Assembly (NCBI GenBank): GCA_002633005.1
Contig: NMRA01000183.1
Location: 666,397-730,396, forward strand
Source: Phoronis australis
Lineage: Eukaryota; Animalia; Phoronida
DNA length: 64,000 nucleotides
Reading direction: 5' to 3'
Translations under genes and position numbers: made by a program
Shown here: positions 53,392-64,000 of the stretch, piece by piece
Layout: every line of letters begins with the position of its first letter
Position numbering within the stretch: position 1 is the first letter of the stretch
Notes under the pieces: model-generated
What the model was told of the DNA's origin: nothing
Databases searched by the model: none
Seen by the model: only the letters and a program-made list of their open reading frames with translations

Positions 53392-53683
53392 AATAATTTT
53401 GATTGTTTATTGTGCCCATAGACTCAAAACAATTTTGATTGTTTATTGTGCCCATAGACTTATAATAATGTTGATTGTTTATTGTGCCCATAGACTCATA
53501 ATAATGTTGATTGTTTATTGTGCTCATAGACTCATAATAATGTTGATTGTTTATTGTGCCCATATACTCATAATAATTTTGATTGTTTATTGTGCCCATA
53601 GACTCATAATGATGTTGATTGTTTATTGTGCCATAGACTCATAAATAACAATTTTGATTCTTTATTGTGCCCATAGACTCATA
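53392..53683. repeat. 36-bp minisatellite, about 8 copies
   Basis: Unit TTGATTGTTTATTGTGCCCATAGACTCATAATAATG. Confidence 0.97.
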
Positions 53684-54164
53684 AGTGTATCAGGTGGTGA
53701 AAGTGGACAACTAATGTCAGAAATAATAAAACTTAGAGCACAGCTCGGAAGCGAACCAAGCAGTGGTAACATACCTCTAAGGAAAACATAATTAAAAGGG
53801 GAATATATTTTTACTACAAATTCGCCGCGGCCGCAGCCTAACTGTTCAGCGCCACCGAATGAATGAGTCCCGCGCAGCAGTTGACATCCAAGTCCGTAAG
53901 TTCTACAGTGGGACATAAGGTGTACATGCACGAACATCCCGTTTCGCTCATGGTCTAAACGCAAGACAGAGACAGGGTTTCTTGAGCCAGCATGCAAATA
54001 CACTGCACATGTACGCCGTTAACGCATGCATAATTGCTGACGTCTATTCAAGGCTATGGGAGAAGGCTAGGCTCCCGTCGGGCTCAACTCACCTGTGGAC
54101 ACTTCAGGTGGCGCAGGGTTGCTGCACGAATAACAACACACTCTTTTCACCCAATCTATACTGC

Positions 54165-56809
54165 ACTTGTTTTGCGCCGCTTTTTGGGCACAGCTGACTC
54201 TCCCTCCGTTCTCGGTAAAGGCGTAACTATTAACGCATGGGCTTCCTGGATAAATTAATAATAGTAATATGACATAACACGCATTGAGATGATAACGCAG
54301 GTTACAGTTACAATAGCCTCCTGCAGTCAAACTATCGCGTTCGGTACTTTACTTCCCTGAACTTTTAGTAAAAGCTATTAAACTGACAATTCAGTTATCA
54401 TGTCGATCACTTAAGGTTATAAATTGATCTCAAATTGTGCTCTCTATTGGTGCATGGGCTTGAGAACACCTAGAAGTGTGACCTGAAATTTCATGAACTG
54501 ACGTTTTTGGCTTTTCACTGAGACCAATATCACAGAGTTTCAGGTTTTACCCGACGTTTAATGAGCTCTTTCCGAGCCCGGAGATCACAATACATGTAAG
54601 CTCATAAAGGGACAGAGGAAGGCCAGTTTTTAAACAGTGTGGGGACTAAATGGGTTTTTTACAGGATTACGTGGTTTAATTTCGCTTTACAGTAACAGGT
54701 CTGCTGAACTTCTGGAACACAAAATACACAAAGCAGAAGACAAATTAAATTGCTTCACGTCCATCTGCTGGTTTCAGTTGAGGACGTGGACGTTGATTTC
54801 TTCAAGCTCGTCAACCTGTCTCACAGCTAAATATGCATACTAACTTGTTAATTAAGCAGTTCTTACAGTCGTTCATTGGCGCATTGCAAACACTACGCCG
54901 TCACATGATGCATGTTTTTGACTAGTAAACTTCAGAGAAATACGTCGTGTTATAAAATGATCTTCTAACTCGGAACAATAAAAAGACACATGGCGCCCGT
55001 CTAATCGGTGAACTGTCCCACAGAAGAGACAGTCAGTTTTGTTGTTCAAAGGGCCGGTCAGCACCCGTGAACTTCGCTTCTTTAATGGTTGGAAGGGCAC
55101 TTGTTTCTTTTGGTGATTTAGGATGTTCTGTTGATTTACTGTATCGACAGTCCGCGTGTAACTTGCATACAGCTGTCACGTCAATTTTGCCGGTTGCCTC
55201 TCTGAACACTGGCTGCATTGATGCCATCAGCGTCCTTCTGACGAACTTCCACAATATCACTTCTATCGTCAAGCGTGTCCTTGCAAATTGGACAGATGTC
55301 TTCATGAATATCACAAGCACCCATTCTTAAAATGTTTCTGGGTGTCAGTGTAACAATGTTTGTTGAAATTTTGGTGAAAATTACAAACCGAGTTCTGTTT
55401 GCTGTTTTGTTTTCTGCTTCTTAAGTGAAATGTCAAAGTGAGACTGTAAACCCTGTATCACACAACTCTCCGAGGGAAATTTCAGACTGATGTTGGCATT
55501 TTGTCCTGGGCTCTTAGTTTCCTTTTGTGGATTTTTTTAATAAAAACAAGTGGCAAACAAAAATACACTAGACCGTTTTTGTTGCTTTTACGGCAAGCCA
55601 ATGCTTCGAATTAAATATTTGACAGCTTAAATACAAATGCATTGTTCATGTGTTAAGAAAATTCATTCAAAGTCCAGTCATATCAAATACTGGTCAAATC
55701 AGAATTTCAACATCATCGGTGAGTTTCTCACATATTAAAACCATGGACTATAACCAAACACTGTGTCTGTATCAGAATTATTGAAGAAGATATAAACTTG
55801 TTTCTAGTAACTTCGAAACGCCATGGCGGCCGTCTTGGAAATGACGCAATTTTAACCCTTTTCCGGTAATTAGATTTTGGTAGACATTTTTACTGTTAAT
55901 TAGTATACAAAGTAGGGTAAAAACCACTCTAAAACCTTTTTTGCACTTTGTTGCGGGTGAAGTGGCTATTTGTCAAAATTGAACCGTTTACTTGCTTTGC
56001 AGCGCCAGTTGTGCACAGCTCAGTGTCTCTCACCCCGCCACTCTGCGGAAAGACCTACTTATTCACGCATGGGCCTTTTTCTGGATAAACGAATCAAAAT
56101 TAAACGACGTGACATGGACAGAGATAATTACGTAGGTTATCATTAACATTTGCATACTGCAGTGAAACTATCGTATCCAGTACTTTGCTTCACCAAACTT
56201 TTAGTAAAGGGTATGAAAACCCTTAATTCTGTCAGAAGACAATTAAATTTTCATGTCGACAATTTACGGTTATAAAATTAATCTCAAATTGAGCCGTAAC
56301 GAAAATAAAATGCATTAATGGGCTTGTGAACAACTAGAAGTGTGAGATGAAATTTCACGAAATTACACTGGCTTTTCAGACAAATATCAGAGTTTCAGGT
56401 TAGGGTTTGAGCTGACATTCCATGAACTGGGAAAACAACAAAACGTCAGTTTTCCCGAGCCCGGAGAGCAGTGTAAATTGCTTCAGTTACCGATCAAGGC
56501 CCTTCACATCCATTCGCTGGTACATGAATCAGTTGAATTGGCGGCGGGGGCGATTTTGATTTCAAGCTTGCAACCCTGTTACACCGCTAAATATTCATTC
56601 GAATCTAAGTACATCAAAGCAGCTCTTACAGTCGTTCATTGGTTCAGTGTAAATACTACGTCATCAGGTAACGCATACATGTATTTGTGGTAAATTTCAG
56701 ATAAACATGTAATGTTCTAAAGTGATATTCTAACACAGCATCACATTTCCGTCTATTTCTATGTAAGGAGTAAAAACAGAGATGGCGAGCATCTATTCGG
56801 TTTACTGTG
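54165..56809. repeat. Two diverged direct copies (about 54165-55017 and about 55991-56809) of an approximately 830-bp interspersed repeat
   Basis: Shared blocks ACGCATGGGC, CTGCAGT(C/G)AAACTATCG, AACTTTTAGTAAA, CTAGAAGTGTGA, CCGAGCCCGGAGA, CTTACAGTCGTTCATTGG and a terminal TCGGT..ACTGT. Confidence 0.85.
55010..55990 (-). mobile_element. 5' fragment of an Academ-like element
   Basis: Minus strand DICPICKD..VEVRQKDADGINAASVQRG..LHADCR..KTDCLFCG resembles an Academ transposase N-terminus. It is preceded by a non-coding terminal region. Confidence 0.6.
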
Positions 56810-59800
56810 AATTTGAATTTGATGAAGTTTAAAATCTGTCGTCGTAAAATCTAACCACTACCATGGATGTATATTATGTGCATTTTTGGGAAGTTCCTAA
56901 AACACACAGCAGTCAGATGACGCAAGTCCAGAAAAAGGAATATGTTATTATGGATACTCTATAATCTACTTCCACCAACAATGGTTGGTGAGGTGCGTTT
57001 AATTTTGAACAGTAAACAAATTAGCATGCAATATTCGAATACGCCAATCTACCGCCAATGGCCTCTCAAGGCAGTGCTAATTCTTACATGTACCTACCTT
57101 TTCTCACAACATTGACATCGATACCCGACGCCACTAACGATGCGGCACCGACCAAAAAGCACAACAATAAGGTCTTCATCGCAAGCGGCTCGATCAATTA
57201 AATGTGAGCAAACTCAATAGCGCACAAAGTAGAATTGATGGAGGGCTGTTTTATATACTGTTCTAAGGTGGTTTCGTCACCCAAGACGCCGGCAAAGGGC
57301 AGTTCTGACATGTCTGTCAAGCTAACAAGTCCAGCCAGTCACGGTGCAGGAACTAGTATGAGAAAAGACAGTCCGCCTTCTTTGTTCCAAGCATATAGGT
57401 AGAGAATAAATAGAAGGCGTAAAGATTAATTAAATAGTACGTTGACTTATTTTGTACTCTTTCCATTTGCTTAGTAAGAGCAACAATGTTTAAAGGTACC
57501 TGCTGACCAATTTCTTTACGAGATGTAGGTGCACCGCCCACATCTGACGTGTGTGGCATTCCATAAACGAGCAACTGATGTGAGTCGCCTTTGGCAAAAC
57601 GACGCCAGGTTGGTAGCCGTCCATGGAGAAGGAAAAAAGGAAAAAAAACTGTCATCTGATATCACATTTGGGTTTTAATCATGTGTTATTGTTTAAAAGT
57701 AATGAGCATTAGTAGTTGCATATCTGGATTCGTTACCCACATGATTGTAGATCTTATCAACAGCACAGTGCTTGTCACAATTTTGAAAACGCATGCATGA
57801 TTCATTGACACGTTTTACTTATGCAAATCACACGCCAGACAAACAGTTCTTGTCACGTGAATCACGCACTGGCATGATCGTTATAAACTATGGTTCTCAA
57901 GACCGCGATTAAATATATCTTTTTTTTAAAAAAATAGGCATAAACGTACTGCATCATACGACAGAGCGCGGAGACTGCGTTGGGGAAAAGAACGACCACT
58001 TCTACATAAGGAAATGGCACATAGTCTTTTTTCATTGAATATATTTATTTACCCAGAAATCGTGATATGAATGAATACGGTTGGGGTTGGGTGGTCCCAG
58101 CTACATGTACATGTCCTTGCAATGTACAATGCATAATACAGAAAAAATAAGTAATTTGATAAGGCAAACACATTGGTTGTGCGCACAAATGACATGAGTT
58201 TACTGTAGAAGAGTGGTAGAGGACAGTTCAAAGAGAAGGATTTTCCAACACCCAGTCACACACATCCATTCACTTGATTTAAGTTAACTTTTATTTGCCT
58301 TTACATAAACTTATCTACATAAAAATAGTCATATTTACGCCGTTACGGTGAAGAAATAAATGCCAGCACTTGTATGGAAAGGATAATTGTTCTATTCGTA
58401 TTAAACAGACACCATTAAAATCCTCCACTGATCAAGTACAACAAACGTTCACTGTCGCATAACAGCGTACATTTAAAATTATCATAATATTGTCTCGATG
58501 CCGCATAAATGAATAATTGAGAATGGGTATAATATTAAAGACTTCATTAAGTTTGTCAAAGCAGCATTCTCAAAAGTGATCTGCATACGATTCAATAAGC
58601 AATGTAAAACACTTAATCTGTGAATTGCGTAAGGAATCCCGGAAACGTTTTAAACAGAAGCAGCTGTAAAATTCTGAAAATTTTACACCCAACAGAGAAC
58701 GGACATTGGTCGCTATGTTTGAATAAAATCTGTTGTAGATTGAAATTGTGTAAATGTTGTCAAATGCGGGTTTATTGGTAGTAATTGAAACACGCATAGA
58801 ATTATTTGGTTTTACATAAAGCTTTTGTAAAAACGTGTTTATGCCGTGAATTGAATAATTTAATAAATGAAATAAAATGGCATTACTACTAACAAATTTT
58901 CTATCACTTTCACGTGTGACTTTCCTCAAGGTGACGTCGGAAACGAATAAAATGATGAGAAAGAAGAATCCTTCACGTCATAATTTCTCTTGATACATGT
59001 ATATCTCCTTTAAGAATTAAGTTATCTAAAAAGGCAACACGAAATATTGGGCCTCTGTTGTACATGTTTGGCTTGGTAAAATAATGATTTAATTTAATGT
59101 TTAATTGAAATTGTTACACAACACTTTTTAACTATGGGAACTTGACTAAATATTTTAGGATTGAGTTGTCCAAATTTGTCAGAATATCGTCATAAAAAGG
59201 TTTTAATTTCGCATGCTTTCGCTTTCAGACGAAAATTGAAAGAAAAAATGAGTTCACCGCTTACACACAGTTATTAGTACTTTATTGTAAGGTCGTCTCG
59301 TGTATTTGGCCAAACTCCGAAAATTGCCACTAGGACGCGTCACAGTAGTTCAAGTCGAAAAATCATCGCCAACCGTCCACTTCACACTAACAACCACCCT
59401 AGTTAAAGAGATTTGGTTGATAGAGGGGCAGACGCAAGAAACATATAACAAAACGGTAAAAATGGAAACTAGATGGCACAAGATACGTCAAATCTATCCA
59501 AAAACAGGAGCATGTCATCGTTACAGCCGCATCAAAATTTAAATTTTGAGACAAACTGCGACAAAAGTTCGATGCATTACTTTGAGTTCAGGACCATTGT
59601 CACAAGGGATGATACATATATTTTCACGGCCCCTGCTTAGCTAGCCTACCTCCCTACTTGAGGAGTGTAATGTTTTTGTTATCTATGCACTTGTAATGAT
59701 AGCTTTCATGCTACATGAATACGCCATTTTTCATGACAACAAGAATTTTCATCTAAGACTATGTGGTCACGTAACCTGTAATTTCACGTATACCCCTCGG

Positions 59801-61135
59801 GGGCCGCTTCGGTTGCTCGTCGGCTAATATATTAGACGGGCGCAAGGAATACACCAGTTATAGAGAATCAGGCTATGTTTACCCAGAGTAAAACATTATT
59901 GCTCCAGCTATCGGTATTTAAAAAAACAAAGAACCGCACTAGCGCTAGGTTCTGCACTAACAGGTTGTCAGCATTACATTCAGGACAAAACATTTAACAT
60001 TCACAACCTACTGTAGCTTGCAAAAAACACTGACCAACATCATACGAAAGGTATTTGTCTGGATTTACCAAGTATACTGTTACAGTGACTAAAGAAGAAG
60101 CCTCTCCTGAAGCTCAGTTGGTTTCCTAAAACCGCTTTAAGGTGGTTATGTGGTAACATCATTGTTAAGATCTATTGGACTATTTGCACCAACCATTATG
60201 TCTCCGACCATCACCATCTTTGACAGGATTCTTCGAATAGGGCAAGCGTGGTGTATGGTACACCCAAGGCAGTCAGCAGTGGTGTCGTAGATGGACTACT
60301 GATAATTTAAAGGTCCCCAGTTTGTTGCCAGTTTGCACCAAGAAAATGTAAAAATGCTTACCATCTGATGAGTGTACCATACACCGGTGCCTGTTCTCAG
60401 TCCTAAGAACGTTGGAATGCACGAGGGTGACCTTAGAAATAACCAACAAAATGCGTGTTAGTGCCGGAGAACACACGGAAGAAGGGAACATGGGTTAAGT
60501 AGGATAGGGGAAATGAGGAGCGGACCACAGCAGTTCGAGACCCTGACTAGAACTTTTGTCGACCGCTTGCGTGACCTATTCGCCCATCATACGTGTGCGC
60601 GTGTTGGAAGATCACAATGCTTAATAAAAGCAGCTTGGCAATCCATATGAACAGACTTACAACTTATTACAGATTGACAACCTGTAATAACAAATTAGTA
60701 ATCCGAATTACAGATTTCATAGTTTTCGTTTTTTCTTAGCACTTATAGACCGACGTAACTAAGTTTGCAAGTGATAGTTAAGATCCATAACCGAACACGA
60801 GTGTCGTTTTGGTCCCTCAAATTATCCTAGTTTCATTTACTGGATTGTTGGTGTGCATTCTCCGAACTTTAAATTTTTTCCCCTAGATCTTTGCAAATAT
60901 AAAAATGGCGCCGATTTACCAATACTTGTTGTACAAAATGGAGGTTGTCGTTGTATTAACATGTTCCGGCGCCATGACTGGCTGAACTTACGATCTTGAT
61001 TGACATAAAGAAATACCCAATGTCGACGTGTTTTGTGTGACGAAACCAAATTTGAACAGCATATAAAACGAACTCCAAACCAGCTCGACACTGCATGCTA
61101 ACGACCCTTCTTTACCTCAGATCAAACAGCGGGCG

Positions 61136-61217
61136 ATGGAGACATTATTTCTGTGGTTTTTTGCCGGTGCCGCAGCATTTGGGGTGTCTGGTCTCACTCG
61201 GATAGAGATTATACAGG
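61136..61217 (+). CDS. Probable first coding exon of a host gene for a secreted or membrane protein (exon 61121-61217)
   Basis: Acceptor CCTTCTTTACCTCAG before 61121, start context GCGATGG, translation METLFLWFFAGAAAFGVSGLTRIEIIQ (hydrophobic core followed by small residues), and consensus donor G|GTAAGT in phase 1. Confidence 0.6.
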
Positions 61218-64000
61218 GTAAGTAGGGATAAACACTGTCACAGGAGGGCATTTGTGGTAGATTGTCAAAGTTGAACATTAAATACTCATAAGAACAATCA
61301 AGCTCTTCAGTGTTCATAATTGTCTAAAACGTTTCCACCGAATATGTCGGATACAAATCATCGATTATTAATTATCTCTTTCTCTGGGCTCGTAGCAAGG
61401 GTTCTTGGTGTTTTAAGGCACTGTCCCATAATGCCAGTTCATCAACATTCAGATGGGTGGTTAGATGACTTGATCACCTCCAGACAGACATCAAACAGAC
61501 TTAAACTTCATAGAATGCGTTGCACGTTCCATTTTTTATTTGGTTTCATAGAAAGCGACCTATACATGTTGCTAAGTTACTGGATCATTTCAGAAAATTA
61601 TGCGAATCTGTGAAATCTGACTATCAAAATTTGAACGAGGTGACGACGTATTGTTGACAATGAGCCCGTGAATGGCCATTTAGGATTTCACGTTGATAAT
61701 GATTCATGCTAAACAAAGGTAGCTGCTCTTAAATATAAATTAGATTTCTCTCTGAAACGAGGCTTGAACAGCATGAAAGAGTGCATGCGTACCAAGGTTT
61801 GTTCAAGCACCACATTAGCCGATTAAAAACACTTTCTTTTTGAATAAGTATGTATATATACATTGCCAAAATATAATTTTTTGTAGTGTTCTTAACTGGT
61901 GATTCGTATTTCTAAAATTATTAGTGTTCCAACAGTGAACGGTGAAAGGTCGTCTCTAACTTCATGGTACATGTAAAGGGGTTGTGTTCTACGGTCATCA
62001 GGGTTCGTAAAAGACTACCGAGAAAATGATGTTTCGTTAGATCATTGCTCCTTGTCTCGTTCTCTCTTGTAAATATTGAAACAAGGGGGTGTAAGCATTT
62101 TTCCTTCAATCTATATGTTTGTATCCCTGAGCTGGTAGGAATTGCTCTAGAAAAACGATTTCACTTCAATCCACTTACGTTCTGATTTGAGGCCAACCCA
62201 ACACGAAACTTGAATGGACTTAACATGTAGCGCTGTAAGAATGCACGGTTCGAAACGTTTTGTAAATTGCATTCACTATGTGTTGCGGACGATTAAAAAG
62301 CTCAGTCAAATAAGCCACGTACTTGAACCAGAATCTACTTGTCCAAGAAGCTTGAGAACGCACTGGTCTTGAGATATGCTCACTAAGGATTTCCAATAAA
62401 GTGCAAATCTCCACAAATCAGTTATCGCATCTCTTTCGGAAAAGAGTGAAGAAGCAGCCTCCCCAACGCGTTGTGGGAACACGACTTGAAGAGTTCATTG
62501 GCGTCTTCGGTGGCTTGTTGGAGGTTTCCACTTCCAAACAACGTGAGCTACGGACAACTTTGTCGAGTAGAAATGACTAGTTATTCACGATAGCTAGCTC
62601 ACTTCAGCTTGAACATTGCACGAAAAGGAAACCAGTGACGAGTTGAGCACAAGCGTTCTAAAATAACCTTGTTGAGGACGACTGAAGCATCAGCTACATT
62701 GTCCTTCTTCAGAGTTCCTGGCCATGTAGTTTAGATGTTCAGTCTAATCTTCTGGACAAAATCTTCGGTTCGCCGCAATGACGATGTCGGGCCCCATAGA
62801 TTTACTTTGAGTTCCACTGGACTGGGTCATGCCTGGCACCTTACGGTGTCAAAGGTAGGGCACCTAGTCCACAGTAATTGCTCAGACCATCGATTACAGA
62901 CCCTTCCCAGGTAAAAATTGACCGTCGGGTGATCAACGAACACAATAGCCCGTTGAATTCAGTCTAGCTGTTTGGGCTGCTTGTTCACATATATAATCCT
63001 TTAATGACTCCTCTTTATGCCCTACAAATACGACCCTGTCGACAATTGGCAGAAAAATAACGTTTATTTAAAAATATACCTGCTTAACCGCATTTTTCAC
63101 AAAATATATGCATTTTAGAATTTTAAATTTCTTCTTGGGTCAGAAAAAACGTTTTATCGAATAGCAACTGAGACCTTGTTTTAGGCTTAGGTATACATTC
63201 GTCGTTTTCCGAAGTAAACATTCCCACGTGTTTCAGCCGCACATGTAGTTCCCGTGATGTCTGAGCAGGAAGTCCTATCCTATGCGATGGCGGATTTTTT
63301 CAAATAGGTGACAAGTGTCAAGCTGTGAAAGTGTGTGGCCACAGGGCAGACGCCGACCATGGCTGATCGTGCAAGCACCGTTTCGTTATGTTTACCGACT
63401 GGACTGGACACACAACTCGAAAGAGAGGTGGACGCAAGTGAAATTCGACAACTTCCTCTATCCAAAGCTCAAGCGGTTAGAGTAAGTACTAAAGTAGACA
63501 GTGATAGGATAAAATCAAATAAATAGTGTGTATTTTTAAGTATTGTCATGAGTCAAAATAAGTTGAATTGCATGTAAACCGTAGCCTTTCCAGTAGTATT
63601 GGTTGTATCCCACAAGATCACTCCCTTGCAAGTAGCCCCCTAGGCAACACGTAGCTCTAGGCTGGCTTGCGTTCGATTTCTGAACTTATTTCGTCCGGTG
63701 TATTTTTAACGGGTGGTGGGAGAAATCTGCTTTACCACCAAAAGGTTTCCATCTCGTCAACACTGCATTTCATTACGAGTTTTGGTAGTGAAAGACCAGC
63801 ACAAAAATGCGCCCCTAATTTTCGGGTTGGTCGAAATTCCAATTGCTTTTATTTGGCGCCGGTAACATGCACTTTCACTCTAATACACACGAGCTGATGG
63901 CGTTAAGATAAGAGTTGCCTACTTTTTCGCTCTTCTAATGAATTTAAACTAATAGAAAATTTGAAATCTTCATAAATTTTTTACCTCCGTACGTGCTCTC

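Noticed and set aside
53392-53683. 36-bp repeats resembling a CRISPR array
   Set aside because: The units are contiguous with no unique spacers, there are no cas genes, and the context is eukaryotic.
60364-60390. CTGATGA followed by a perfect GTGTA/TACAC stem (hammerhead-like)
   Set aside because: No GAAA follows the stem and the other helices are missing.
63237-63482. Possible second exon of the 61136 gene (GC-richer, ends at GTAAGT)
   Set aside because: All frames from the plausible acceptors hit stop codons, and no domain is recognisable.
1-64000. Remaining 60-150 aa ORFs in the six-frame track
   Set aside because: No recognisable domains, many rely on non-ATG starts, and their number fits random expectation in eukaryotic non-coding DNA.

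Overview
Eukaryotic, AT-rich genomic DNA, most likely from a marine invertebrate (inferred from the transposon repertoire). It contains one 714-N scaffold gap and one single-N junction. No bacterial genes, rRNA, tRNA or CRISPR arrays are visible, and almost all ORFs in the supplied track are spurious or transposon debris. The window is mainly nested, decayed transposable elements: (1) a young Mag-type Ty3/Gypsy element (158-bp LTRs, 5-bp TSD) inserted in the 5' LTR of an old Gmr1-type Gypsy; (2) an ISL2EU-type element with convergent YqaJ and THAP remnants; (3) a Merlin element nested in a TIR MITE that has an empty paralog elsewhere in the window; (4) a Tx1/L1 LINE; (5) three Academ relics, one with both TIRs, nested in a 6.2-kb CA..TG element with a 5-bp TSD; (6) an internally deleted Ingi-like non-LTR element; (7) several MITEs and satellites. 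The only convincing host-gene signal is a signal-peptide-encoding exon at 61121-61217. The most unusual signal is the palindrome TACATGTA, which occurs 28 times by eye count against about 2 expected. In two clean paralog comparisons it is an exact 6-bp gain at a dinucleotide site, which suggests excision footprints. I found no clearly novel multi-gene system.
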